Below, one piece after another: positions 1 to 28,164 of a stretch of 64,000 nucleotides of DNA; position 1 is the first letter of the stretch, and every line of letters starts with the position of its first letter. The stretch comes from Amoebidium appalachense (lineage: Eukaryota; Protista; Ichthyosporea): assembly GCA_963693365.1 (NCBI GenBank), contig CAVNZM010000003.1, positions 7,373,312-7,437,311 on the forward strand. The letters are read 5' to 3'. The notes beneath the pieces are model-generated. The model ran no database searches. It was given only the letters and a program-made list of their open reading frames with translations, and had not been told where the DNA came from. Made by a program: the position numbers and the translations under genes.

Positions 1-667
1 TCTACATTCGCTGGTCCTTGTTTTTTGAACACAGCGGTGGTGAGAACATGAGTGGATATGGCAATTACCGATAATAAGGGGGGATTAGTTGAGCTGATGG
101 GGAGCATTTGGGGGAGAGGGCAGGAGGGAGGGGGAGAGGGGGGAGGGAGGGGGGGATGGAGGGTGTAATATTTCTGCGTGACTGACGGTGTGTGAGGCAA
201 TGGATATTCTGAGAATGGAATGTGTGCACTTATGAATGTAAATGAATATCTGTGTTTGCATGTGTGTGTGTGTGTGCATCAATGTGTGTATGCCTGTGTG
301 TGTGCATCAATGTTTGTATGCCTGTGTGTCTGCGTGTGCGTGCCTGTATGTGTTATTTTTGTGTGCCTGTGTGTGCATCAATGTGTGTTGCCTGATCTGC
401 CCATGTGTGTGCATCAATGTGTGTTGCCTGATCTGCCCATGTGTGTGCGTCAATGTGTGTATGCATATGCATATGCCTATGTGTGCGCATTTATGTTTAT
501 GTGCCTGCGTGCCTGTGTGTGTGTATATATACCTGTGTTATTGTGTATGTCTGTGATTGTGTGTGTGCCAGCGTACATGTGTGCCGTTATGCCTGTGTGC
601 CTGTATGGCCTGGATGTGTGCCTGTGTAAACGCCCTGTGAGCCTGTATGCATTTACGTGCAACAGAC

Positions 668-10363
<9,696 letters not shown>

Positions 10364-10891
10364 TCTCTCTGTGGCAGACACGGCACCCCTATTATGTGGC
10401 AGCTAGGCCCCTTTGATCAAATATTGTCTTTCTCTACTCTCGCTCGAGCTCACAGACCGCTTTGTAGCTATGTTCCCGTTGTGAGCTTCTGTGCAGGCTA
10501 CACATGTAAGGGTCCGGTTGAGGTAGATGACGATCTAGATGCTTTGCGTAAAAAGGTTCACGCGTACGATTGGTCTAGCTGGCACCAATCCCTCCCGGGC
10601 CCAACCTCCGGCGGGTCCTCTCCCCCCTCCCCCCCCCACCCCTCACACGTACTGACGGTGTGCACGCGCTGCGATGAACTTTACGTTCGCTGCAGGCGAG
10701 TTTTTCCTTACACTCTCGCGACCGCGTGCATGCTTTCTGTCGCGGCGCCTCGACGGTTCGATAGAGCCCAGTGTTCGCTGAATGTGTAAGGAAAAATAAG
10801 GAGCCATCTCAGTAGGTGGCAGCCCCTCCCTCCCCCCCCCCCCCCTCTTTCTCTCTCTCTTTCTCTCTCCCCCCCCTCCCTCCCCCCCTCC

Positions 10892-11101
<210 letters not shown>

Positions 11102-11786
11102 CCCCCCCCCCCCCTCCCCCCCCCCCCCCCCCCCCCCGTCCTCTCTCTCTCTCTCACTCTCTCAGGCTCCGCCCCCCCTACCCCCCAAAGTCTCCGCTCC
11201 TGCAGCGGCAGATGCCATCTTTCCCACCAACCATGATGATTTGAGGTGGTGCCCCACAGAGCTTCATTCCACCGTGACACACACCTCGACATACCTGGAT
11301 ACGCACACATCACGGAGTCGCAGCCACACGAGCACCCACCGGGAACTGAATAGGATAAATATTCAGGCTGCACTTCAGGGACTCTTTATTTTGAAACGGG
11401 GAGGGGGGTAGTAGTAACTTTGGGGGGGGGGGACCCACCCCCCGCTTTGGACAGGTGGCCCCTCCGCCCCTCCGGCTAGCAGGGGGGGGGGAGGGGGGGG
11501 GGACCCACCACCCACCTGAGCAGGGTGGGACCCCACCCACCTCAGAGACTGACATCATGTGAAGGTTTAATAATATATCAGATAACCTGATCACATCAAA
11601 TACTATAATCACCAGTAGTTTACGTTACAATGCCAAAACGTAAACATGAATTGAGGCTAACTAATAGGATTCCTTGATCACTTGCAACTCAGGCTATGCC
11701 ATACGGTTACCACCTCCCCCCCCCCCCCCCCCCCCCCTTGCTCCCCCCTCGCCCCTCCCCCCCCCCCCCCCCCCCCCCCTTCCTCC

Positions 11787-11819
<33 letters not shown>

Positions 11820-11909
11820 CACTGTGTGCGTGTGCGTGTGTGTGCGTGTGTGTGTACGGGCACACACGCGCGCGCGTGTGCGTGTATGCGTGCGCGCGCA
11901 CCCGTGTGT

Positions 11910-11951
<42 letters not shown>

Positions 11952-12235
11952 CACTGCGTGTACATACATGTGTGTGTGCGTGCGTGTGCGTGTCCGGCCG
12001 CGCATGCGCGCGCGTGCACGTGTGTGTGCATGTATGGGTGCGCGCGCGTGTGTGTGGTACGTGTGTGTGTGTGCACTTTAGTGTGTGTGTGTATGGCCGG
12101 GGGGGAGGGGGGGGGGGGGGGGGAGGGAGGAGGAAGATGAGCGTGATATGCATCAGTGGCCAACACGAATACCATCTTTGGTGCACGTGGGTGGAAACTT
12201 CGGAGACACTTTAATACCATGATCACGCACATGCA

Positions 12236-12352
12236 GGGGGGAAAGGGGGAGGGAGGGGAGGGGGGACCCACCACCCCACACGGCCAGGTGCCCCCCCCCC
12301 TCCCCCCCGGAGGGGGGGAGGGGGGTACCACCAGGGGGGACATCGATATTTA
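12236..12352. repeat. G/C-run-rich dispersed repeat, copy with conserved end CACCAGGGGGGACATCGATATTTA
   Basis: The end is homologous to the reverse complement of 36962-36986 and to 61564-61587. The internal ggacccaccacccc motif resembles 11421-11545. Confidence 0.6.
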
Positions 12353-13323
12353 CTACCTCCCCCCCCCCCCCCCCCCCCCCCCCCCCCTTTCAAATTCAAA
12401 AATCCCTTAGCTGGCTGCACTAGCTTCAACTGAACCTTTTGAAATTTATTAGCTTTGGCCCGGACGACTGGCATACATTGAATACGTACGGCGCACACTG
12501 TCAGTAGCACCTGTGACCGAATGATGCTAGCACAGTGACTGCATATCGCAACAACATTTGACAACATCTGTTGAAGTAACCCTCCTCACCTCCCCCCCCC
12601 CCCACACACACACACACACAAAAACACATGTACATTTAACTGCAAAACATAAAGAAATCTGTTGGCATAATGAACAGGTAATCGAAAGTAAAATGCAGAT
12701 CCCAATCCGCATTATTATTAACAAAGGGCCCAGCTCACAAATTACTGCAATGCTGATACTGTATTCAAGTTCCAGCACCGAGGAACTCAAACCGTATATT
12801 TAATATGATACCCGATTTATTCCAACTTGCCTTGTGTTTCAATATCATGCTGCCACAAATTCTGAACCATATGCACAAAAGGCTACAAGCCCCAACCAAC
12901 TCTGGAATTATTTTGCAGGGCCGTCCCTAGGCCTGCGCAGGCCTACACATTCTCAGTCTTTCAGCCTGAGGACTAGTGGTTTATCATATTTCTACTAGCC
13001 AATGCCATAAGTATTAAAATTTAATTAAAACTGTTATTAGGCTTTACTGCTTAGTTTAATACGAGCCCTCTGGACTAACTCAACCTCATTATTCGGTCCT
13101 TCTCTACCGAATTTGCAACCCAATACACTGAACAAGAACATCCTCCCCCCTCCCCCCCACTTCTCCCTGTGGATCACCACCACAACGCTCTTCTCCTATG
13201 GGCCCTCAAGCCTAATGTCGATTGGGGTCGATTTCTGCCCTACCTTGACCCTGCCCCACACCCCCCTCCCTCCCCCTCCTCCTCCCCCTTCCCCCCTCCC
13301 CATGCACCTGCCACCTGCACAAA

Positions 13324-13562
13324 CTACTTGGGGGCAGACTCTGGCAGGCTGCCTGTGCGGCCAAAGGGGGCAATGAACTTGTAGCTCTCCGTCACTGTCT
13401 GTAGCTCCTTGAGATGTGCCTCTGTGCGGCAGGCAACACGGATGTCCGGCTGTGCGTGTGCGTGTGCGTGTGTGTGTGTGTCATGGTGTGTGTGTATGTG
13501 TGTGTGTGTGTGTGCGTGCGTGTGCGTGTGCGTGTGTGTCACGTGTGTGTATGTGTGTGTGT

Positions 13563-13593
<31 letters not shown>

Positions 13594-14260
13594 AGTGTGC
13601 GTGCACGTGTGAAAATGTGTGTGCGTACGTGCGTGTGTACACGTGTACGTGCATGACTGCGTGCGCTGTTTGTGTGTGTGTGTGGGACTGTGTGCGTGTG
13701 TGCATAATTGCGACCATGTATGTGTGTGTGTGTATACATGTAAGCAAGTGATTGAGTGAGCGAGCCTGTGAGCATATGACACTGACAATGCCGATGTATG
13801 TCTATGTGAACGTTAACAATGTGTGCAGATCCAAGAGAGCACGTTGCTGTGAGGTAACATAGGTACGTATCATGAAGAGCCTATGCAATCCCCGCCACCC
13901 CCCCCCTCCCCCCCCCTCCCCCCCCCCCCCCCCCCCCCGCCCCTACTATACTCCCCCCTTCCCACACACACACAAACACACACACGCACACACGCATGCA
14001 CACCCATTTACCCACATTTTTCTTTGCATCTTCCGGCCTATACATTCCACCCCACCACTGCCACCATATCGTTGGGCCTGGCCTGTATTCCATACCCGAG
14101 GGAGGGGAAACAAAAACCAAAATGAAACCGGTTTAAGTCAAATAAGCACCCTTCACGTCTTTCCCTTCTTCTGGGTCTCCTAAATTTCTTTTTTTCTGTC
14201 TTACTGCACTTTCCGGCCATTTTTATGTGCATGGTGGTGGTTGCGGTAGCGGTGATGTGA

Positions 14261-14302
<42 letters not shown>

Positions 14303-17300
14303 AGGGGAACCACATACTTCGTTTTGTCGATTTTGTTGCCATCCACCCCTGGTGCGTCATAGTTCTCTCCCAGCCTGGAAAGGTGTGTCAAAACGGGGCA
14401 GTAACGTGTGCATGTGTGCAACATATGTCGATGCACACACTTTGAAACACACACATAGGCACATGCACTAGTACAAAATACACAGTACACGGGCAACGCA
14501 TGGACCTCCACCGATGTGCTTGTAAGCAACCACAAGCACAATAGAGGGTTAATACCGAGCACTGCGTCAGAGTTATCCCATCACCACAATTCTTGAATAA
14601 TTTCCGGGCCTGTCTTTTACTAGGTGTATGTGTGTGTGTGTAGAATGTCAGTGTTTTTTGAAGAATCAAATCTCTGTGCCTCTCTCTCTCTCTCTGTGTG
14701 TGTGAGTGTGTGTGTGTTCGTGTGTGATTGTGTGTTGCTGCAGCACACGTACACATTTGACAGAGGAGGGTAGAGCCAGGCAGATGTGCAGGTGAATCTT
14801 TGCAGATCCCGTGAGACCTGAATACACGCAAACTACCATGCTAGACCAAACCACTGCACATGACGGGCGGAGGGAACGCACACCTGAACTGGTTGAGTGC
14901 GCAGATGTTTGCATACATGTAGTAGATGTAGTAGCTGTAGGGCGGGTTGGACTCCTGGCGGTGTGGGTGTTAGGTGGGGGTTAGTTCGGTGTCGCGGTGA
15001 AAAGGCGTGAAGGTCGTGTGAAAGGTTGAGTCAGGTTAAATGGGGTCAAGTAAAAGTGGGTTAGAGAAGAGTGTAATTTTCAGTGAGTTTGGGTGGGTTT
15101 ATAATTATGTGGGTACGGTGGGATTATGATGAGGTTATACGGTATGGTTAGATAGGGTTAAAGTTGGGTCTGGTGCTCGAACCTTCATATCTAGCGCCCA
15201 ATAAAATGCAAGTTGTAACATCCATAATTAGACGGGGTTTTGGGGTTCATATCCTGATCGTTATATCTGAATTTGGTTGACCACCCAGCACCGTGGAGCG
15301 AATTGAATCATTCCAAAAGATGAATTTCAACAGAGAGTAATGCATATGTATTCTACCCGGATAGTTTTACGATGTGGCATCCAAGCAGGTCACCTCGAGT
15401 GTGGCTGTAGATAGACATACGGTGTAACTACTATCAGGCCAGGGGCAATGTGTATGGTGGTGAGATATGCATGTCTACCCAGTAGCCTAACAACAATGTG
15501 CATATAAAAAGTCTCTACTCGTATACGTATGATTTACTGTCCGGAATGTAACCATGTTTGTGCACTGTGGATTCTAACAAGAGTTAAGGCCGCACTCGGA
15601 CAGGGTATTTACAAGGAGATTACATGAATCTTGCATGGTTCAAACTGCACGACCATATAAGCCTAAGTCCTACCTCAGTCCATTGGGCAGGTGGTGGGAA
15701 CTTGTTGTGCTTGCGAACCTCCGGCTTTCTCTCGTCATCCACACTGTCAAAGCCCCCGAGCTGATTGGTGCAAAATCATCAGAGCAATTCTGCAACTCTG
15801 TTAAAAGAATTTCCCTCTTCATGGGCACGTTCAAACTAGAGATACTTGAGCGTGAAAAGCAACTCGTCCGAGGGGTAGGGGGCATCAGGCGATGGCATGT
15901 TTTGTACCTCTTGTGATGATGGCGGGGTGAGAGAATGTGCATGTGGATGGGTGTGGAAATGTGGGACGGATTTTGGGGGCTAAAATGCCACATTTGTGCC
16001 ATTGAATAACTCGCCTGCACCACTTCTGCCACGCACACACATGCACCGTTCTGCTTGCATGCTGTACTGATCATAAAGGATCATGCAGGAGCGTTGCCTT
16101 TCTTCGTCTCTGTTATAGTTTGCTCCTTTTTTCACCGCCTATTCCTTTTTGATCTTGTTTCTCTAACTCTCTCCTCTCTGTTCCTCTTTCTTCTTTTCTT
16201 TTGTTCTTCCTTCCGTTTTTCTTGTCTCCTTCCTTTCTTTCTTTGTTCTTCTTCTTATTATTATTATAAATACTGCTATTATTCGTTTCGTTTTTGGGGG
16301 TAATGGGTTACACGCGTGCAGCAGGAATGTGTGCAGTTTTGGGTCCTTCTGTGGGTCTGCCGTGACCTCAAACAGCGGTCCAAAAATAGACTCCAGCATC
16401 TGCTCAAAGTTGCTGATCTGCCCGGCCTCCCGGTACACATTGCTGGGAGGGGGGGAGGGGGGGGGGGGGGGGGGGGGGGGGGGAAGAGGAGGCGGTGGAG
16501 GGGGGAGGAAGGGCGGGGGGGGGGGGGGGGGATGGGGGGGGAAGACGAGGTCGATTGTAAGTTGGCTGTTTCGTGATTGAAGAGGTGGGGGGTGCCATCA
16601 AAGCGGGGGGCTGAAACGTGGGTGTTAGGAGGAGGGCAGAAAAGATCGTGTGCCGAGGAAGCGTGGAGGTTATTTGCAGTGTGGTGGTTGTGACGATTGG
16701 GAGACGAAAGGACGGGCAGAAGACTGTGACCATTAGACAGACTGAATATCCCCCCCCCTCCCCCCCCCCCCCGCCCCCCCCCCCCCCTCCTCTCCTGTGG
16801 CAATCACACTCATGGATACTTGCCCACCTTTTGGGTGGGGGAAGGGGGTTGAATGATCTAGAAAATGTCAACCATAGGGAAGCCAAGACACTGAACAACC
16901 GACAGATAAACAAAAAAGACGAGGTCAAAACATGCAGGCAGAAACGATATTAACGCTTTGTAGGCCGAAAGGGGGCAGGCTGGGGGAGGGGGAGGGGGGA
17001 GGAGGGCAAGTTACTATAGGCGGGGGACCTGAGCCATCCAGTTGACGTGCTCCGAGAAAAGATTGTTGTCCACCACCCAGGCCGCTAGCTCACTCCACTC
17101 ACTGGCACTGCGCCCGTAGATGCTGGCTGTGTGTACGGGTGGGTGGGTGTGGTGGGGAGGGGGGGGGGGGGGGGGGGGGGGGAGGATGGGGAGGGTGTGT
17201 GTGTGCGTGTGAGTGTGAGTGTGTGTGTGTGTGTGTTTGTGCGTGCGTGTGTGGGTGAGTATGCGTGTGGGCAACTGGGTGGAATGCCTGTGTGTGCTTG

Positions 17301-17604
17301 CCTGAGAATGTATGCGTGTTACCCGGCCCCCGTATGTGTGAACATGTAAGGAAGTGAGAACATTACCGTGGAGGTGCCCGTGCGTTCTCCACTTTCACAT
17401 ATGATATAAAATATGGCCGGTAAGGCATGGCAATTCTGGGGGCATAGAGAACTTCACTGGGCAAATATCTGGGCCCAGAGTCTAGTCTTGTGAGCCTCAA
17501 ATTAATTGGATCCTGCACGGAGAACTTGCCACATTTGATTCAATTTGGCTGAATATCAGATGCTGTTTCCTTCTTTTCAGAATCACTAGCACCGCTTCAG
17601 GCAA

Positions 17605-17635
<31 letters not shown>

Positions 17636-17679
17636 GGGGGGGGGGGGGGTTGAAAGGGGGGGAGGGGGTGGGGGGAGGG

Positions 17680-17718
<39 letters not shown>

Positions 17719-19209
17719 TGGCGAAGGCAAACTATGAGAAGAGGTAAAAGCTGTGCCAGTGAGAGAACACACCGTGCCGGTAGATGTGGAAAGCCGGAAA
17801 TGATGGTAGGAATAGGTTGAGACTGGGATGGGTAGGGATAGGGGTGGAAAATGAAGGGCTACGAGGACCGAAAGAGGAGGGGGGGGAGGCGGGGGGAGGG
17901 AAAGAACTTGATTGTGTGTGTGTTGTTTTTGGTGGTGTTTGTTTGGGGCGGGGGGAGGGGGGGGGGGTTGAATGCGTCAAAAAGTACGAAGTACACAAGA
18001 ACAAACGGATAACACGATGCAGAATGCAAGCCATACATACATATAGAGTATGCATAATAAGCAGAGCCCATCCTCTGGGGGGGGCCCACGTCAACCACAG
18101 TACCCGAGTTTCGACCTATTCACCTCGTTAACGAAACCCAACTCAGATACTGTTTCACTTGAACATGGGTAGGTCACCCGTCTTGATTAGAGACGAGCAG
18201 GGTTGCTTATGCAGGCAAGGGCAGTGGGAAAGGCCGGGGGTTAAAGTTGCAGCAGTAAGCAGAAGCAAGAAAAACATAGATAGGAACTCAGGAGACGGGG
18301 CGTCTAGGAAGCTCCCCCGTCGCTATCTAAGTCGATACTTCCCTGGCTAACATACTACACCAGCTGAAAAGAATTAAGTCCCGAAGGCCGCAGAATTCGC
18401 AATCAGAGGGGAAAATATGAGATTTGACCCACACCGCAGGGTAGTAACACGCTTACTAGGGTGGAACTTTAACGTCTTCGAACGGAAAGCTATGGGGGGG
18501 GGGAGGTTAGCAGCAATGATAGATTCCGTAAAATAAAATAAAATCAGGGGGTAGAGACGGTGAACGGGCAGGAGGCAGGCAGGCAGGGGGTTAAAAGGGT
18601 ATGGGGTGAAGGAGGTGGGTGGGGGAGGGGGGGGGGGGGGGGGGACTACGGGGCTACTCTGGTGCGAAAATTCGAGGCGTGTTTGTAAGTGGGCAAGGGG
18701 AGGTCGTGTGTTTGTGGGTGTGTTGGGGGGGGAGGTAACAGGCACGTACGGGGGCCATCTGGGTCCTCTGCCAGTGTGTCTCGTTCATGACCCTCTCGGC
18801 CTCGTCGTGGTGGTCAAACTCAACCTCCTGGGGGTCTGCCTCCACTAGTCGGGCATGGGTCACCTCAAGGGGGGGTTGAGCAGGGACTTGCTGCTGCTGT
18901 CTTGGCTCACGTGAAGGGTGGAGTCCTCAAGCGCTGGGGGGTGCAGGGGAAGGGGAAGAGGAAGTGGGAAGTATGGCGGGGGAGAGGGGGGGGGAGGGGG
19001 GGGGGGGGGGGAGAGCCGAAGTATTTTGGGGGACAAGGGGCGGGGAGGGGGTTAGGGAGTTGTCATAACAGAAGGGCTATGGTGAGGAGAAAAGTATGGG
19101 GTGGGGTGGAAGGGGGATAAGGAGAGGAGGCGGCGGAGGGAATTAGCAATTGAACAAAGGATTGGTTGTACTACTAGCAGAGCTGTTTTTTTTGTGGTCA
19201 AGGGGGAGT

Positions 19210-19254
<45 letters not shown>

Positions 19255-19856
19255 AGGGAGGTTGGGGGCAGGAGGGGACGAGGGGGGGGGGGGGGGGGGG
19301 GGGGGAGAATGATGAAGCAGGAGTGTTTCACGACTGCATCTTCCTTTTTTCGAGTGAACTCGTTTTCCCGCCAGTACCGGGCGGGAGGGGGGAAACGAGA
19401 GTTGGAGGTCTTCAAATGCACTTGCAGGTTGTGTGCACAGCCCCGAAGGACGAAGAAATCTTTGCAAGTATACCCACACACCCACACACCTCTGGTCTTT
19501 ATCTGCTCTCTGATGAGGTCTTTGAGCTCGCTGGTCAGCATTCCGTCCGGTAATACCTCGGGCAGCTGGGGGGTGATTAGGGACCGCGACAGCCGCCGCT
19601 TGTTCAACTCTGTCTGCACCGCATACGGTATTTCCGACCGCCTTCGCACAGGTGCACCCTCGGGCTCTGGCTCGGGGTTCATTTCTAAAGTTGGTAGGAG
19701 GATTTGGGAGCGCAAGTGGGTGTGTGCAAACGGAAAGGAGAAGATAGTATGGGTGTGAGTGTGGTTTGTGCACTGGAGATAGAGTATAGCAGTAAGGTGC
19801 TGGTCAACTGTGGTGATGTTGAACGCACCTGTGTGTGTGTCGTATTGCTCTAACAT
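13324..19856 (-). pseudogene. AMPD: AMP deaminase-like gene, internally deleted and lesioned (probable pseudogene or catalytically dead paralog)
   Basis: Exons: 19856-19829 (putative), 19684-19490, 18933-18750, about 17126-17015 (SIYGRSASEWSELAAWVVDNNLFSEHVNWMAQVPRLY), 16442-16316 (NFEQMLESIFGPLFEVTADPQKDPKLHTFL), 15760-15674 (GFDSVDDERKPE), 14954-14884 ([15 protein letters not shown]), 14374-14318 (LGENY..GVDGNKIDKT), 13449-13324 (PDIRVACR). No exons for the KVDTHxH or HxGEAG..STDDP segments were found. There is a frameshift in the G7 run at 18869-18875. Confidence 0.85.
18047..18147. repeat. Dispersed intronic repeat, copy 2 (CAGAGCCCATC family)
   Basis: Colinear similarity with 1011-1110. 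Confidence 0.75.
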
Positions 19857-21322
19857 ATATGGGCTTTATGAGGCAGCAAGCAGGCGAGAAACAGGCAACA
19901 CCGTGCACGTCACCACTCTGACACACTTGTGAGGATGAACGGTTGTTTCTTTTGATTCAAGAGAAGCATGGTGCGCGATGCGCCAATCAAATTATAGACT
20001 CGCACCTGACAGTGAAAACTTCCCAGAAGTCAACTTATGCCGGCAGCTTCTCATGCACACAGGGCTCACAGGGCCTCAGGCTGAGGGACGACCATGGCCA
20101 CGACCCCTCCCTGGTTGTCACTCGGCCGAGCCGTCATCCGCCCGAGGCTCCCACCTCCCCCCTCCCCCCCCCCCCCCCCCTCCCGCCCCCCATCCCCGTC
20201 CGGCCCCCCCGTCACACATACACACACACACACACACAACACTTGCAGCACTTGCATGGATATATGGAGACACCAGGGGGGGGTGTACGTATACGCACGG
20301 AGGCACGCCGGCGCACGCGCACAGGAGGCACTCACACAACAACACGCACTGTGACACCATCTAGTATAAAGGGATATGGTTGATGTGGTGATGCAGGCAA
20401 CCGAGGTCGTAAACGATTGATCCTTCCTTTTTTTGTTTTCTAGTTCCTGGCAGCTCGATTAATGCAGCTGCTTCAATTGGCTCATCGGTATCATAGAACA
20501 ACATAGGTCGCTAGTGTGAAGCAAAACCAGCAAGGCATTTTTGGCCTTACACGCAGCTCTCAGTCTGAATGTCAGTGCATGAGCTCGAGGCTGCAACGAA
20601 TAACTCATAATCCGATATCTGAACCATGTGTTGGGTGTGCGCACGCGCGGGCCGCGTTGGGGGGGGGGGGGGAAGAGGGGGGGGGGGGGGGGGGGGGGGG
20701 ACCCGTGAGTGCGTGTCTGTATTTGTGTGTCTTCGTGTGGCCCGCACACGGACCTTGTTGTGGGTGGAGCGCACACTTTTGTAGTGCAGCCATAGAAGCT
20801 GGTTTGTACGGGCGCTCTGGCCTAGAATGTACGTGCGACTGTATACTATATTTGCATACTTCCGAAACAAGTTGAACGGAGTGGCGTGTATACGTCTGGT
20901 CGCATTTGCATGTGCAGGTCACGTGCCCACACATGCAGGTCACGTGCCCACACATTAAATTTTCTGCCGTATTGTCTGCGTACGTAATGCATTGTGCTTC
21001 TGTTTCCCGGGAGGTGGTGGTGGTGGTGGGGGAGGGGGGGAGGGAATGCTAACCGTCACAAGGGAGGCAATCTCTTCGCTTGTGTGTATTCGTCAGCCAG
21101 GTCATTGTACGGTTGTGATTTTGTGTGCTTGCACTTTACGTGGTGTGCCTCGTGACAGGGGTCACGATATCTTGTGCAGGCTGTATGCTTGCACGTCTAT
21201 TTGTGTGTACGTGAGAGAGAAAGGGTGCCCACTAATGACACTGTGTGTGTGTTCCTATGCCCCGAGTTGAGCACACAGCTTGGGGTGTGCTGGTCGTTCG
21301 CTTAGTCAGGCATAGCCTCAGT

Positions 21323-22591
21323 CTACTGCACTTGGGACGGTGAATATCGATCCTGGAAAGGGGTTGTGCTTGCACGAGTTCCATGAGTGCATGGCAACCA
21401 CCTCAGCCTTTGTGTAAACCTTTGCCAAACGCCAGCATATTGATTGTTACGTACCCTCACGCCATCGAACCCCACCCTCACCACGACCTTCATCTGAATA
21501 CGTTCTTGCCACTGTGCACACGACCGTGGCGTGACCATGGTGCCCGTCACACCTGTCTGACTACAGGAGCCCGTATATCTCTCCGATCGCGTTCATAACA
21601 CGCTGCAACGTTCTGATAGAGAAGGGCCACGCTAGCGGCTGGTGCGATCGGTGGCTGGGTGGGCTGTGGGGTGAGTGAGGGGGCTGGAATGTAGTATGGC
21701 CCAGTGGTGGAATCTGGTTGCTGTTGTGCCCTATCTGCAAACGGGTTGATCGCGGGCTCATCTGACTCCGTTGCCTTCTTACGGCGGCGTTTGGGCTTCG
21801 TAGCCGGCTGCTCGGGTGCAAATTCATTTGCGTGGGCGGTAGAGGCTCGGGCGGACGCCTGGACGATGTCGATGTACGCCCGTGTGAGCTGTGTTGGGGT
21901 AACCGTAGTGGGTGTCGTCGCCTTCAAACGGAGTCTTACGGAGCTGATTGAAGAGTGTAGGGGCGTATGGCTGGATGCTTTGGCGTTTGAGTTGGGTGAT
22001 TGCTCTCTGCAAGTGAATAATGTGCTGCTCGGTGAGTTTGGGTTTGCGGTGGTATTCGTTGAGTGGGGGGACCGTCTTTGTCTGTAGTCACGTCTGCCAC
22101 GTGTTTCTCATTGTGTCATAACTGATGCCACACTGCCCGGCTGCAATGTACAATTTCTGTGTGTTGTCTGCACCCAGCCGTGGGTCCGCTTCCAACGCCT
22201 GCATGATCTTGATCCCCTGTAGTTTCCTTTCCATAATCGTTTGGCGTTTGGAAACGTGCTTGGGCGTGCGTGCACGTGAGGCTGAGGCTTTGGCAACCCA
22301 TGTCTTACGGCGCTAGCCTGGGAGAGCATGGTTCCCCTCGCGCCGCTCGCGGCCGTGAGGCACCGCCCGAGGCTGTTTGACTGCAGTTGACTGTGGCTTA
22401 TTCACCATGTTCCTGAGAACACCGAGCATTTGCTTCGTTGTTTCGTTCTTCGTTTTCTGTTGCAAGTCGTTCGATCTGGATTCGAACCTAGCACGCAACT
22501 CTGTTTCGGTGGTGGTTACTTGATAGTAGGTGGTGCCAGCAACACCGACGTGAACGCGGGGGGCGGGTGCTATGTTCATGATGTTGTTCAA
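21323..22591 (-). mobile_element. Decayed intronless ORF with HTH-like segment, possible DNA-transposon remnant
   Basis: About 1.3 kb free of microsatellites. Reading through the TAG at 22313-22315 gives LYIAAGQCGISYDTMRNTWQ (HTH-like). After a frameshift comes RKPKLTEQHIIHLQRAI (resembles the linker of IS630/Tc1-type DNA-binding regions), and after another shift an NLS-like KPKRRRKK. No DDE motif or TIR recognised. Confidence 0.45.
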
Positions 22592-23189
22592 AATATTGCC
22601 GCGCTCTCTTAGAGGCTGGCGTGAAACTTACGGCGAATGACTTTTGTAGGGCTAATCTCGACTATAGTCACGCTTACACGGCGCGCCTACTTGTAGCGGC
22701 GCTTATGTACATAGTAACTTACCGAGCGTGCCCCTGTACAACCGCACTGATAAGCACTGATATCGACATTCCCCGGATATCTTCCAACTTCAATTTATTC
22801 CGTCAAATATGCGGCTATTCTAAGGCCAGATTGTATAATCATTGTAAACAGCATAAGAAATTTAAATGTGTAAACTTGTGATGATTGGTTTTAATGAGCT
22901 TTTATATTTTTTAGGTTGAATGATATAGTATTAGCCTGGAATTTCAAATTGCCGGCCACAGGGCTAGTTTATATGGCATTATTTATGCACCCATGCTACT
23001 CGCAGCCTTGTCAGTTGTCACAGCACCCTCGAGCTCGAAGTGCATGTCGCTACAACGTACAAGTACACTCCGCACTCTGCCTGTGTCTGCCGGGTTGAAC
23101 GGGGGGGTTTTGCGTATTTGGCACTGCACACACGTAGACACGTAGACACACAGACACACACACACACATACGCATGCGCACGCACAACC

Positions 23190-28164
<4,975 letters not shown>

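Noticed and set aside
10394-10789. 131-aa plus-strand ORF divergent from RRP6
   Set aside because: No recognisable domain or exon chain. It contains ATTGG/CCAAT motifs and is more simply the RRP6 promoter region.
11180-11350. Unique sequence with possible splice sites on either strand
   Set aside because: No frame gives a recognisable peptide and no partner exons were found.
15165-15200. GGTTCGAG B-box/T-arm-like motif on the minus strand
   Set aside because: No cloverleaf or A-box context.
17360-17610. Candidate missing AMPD exons
   Set aside because: The translations I examined show no AMPD motifs.
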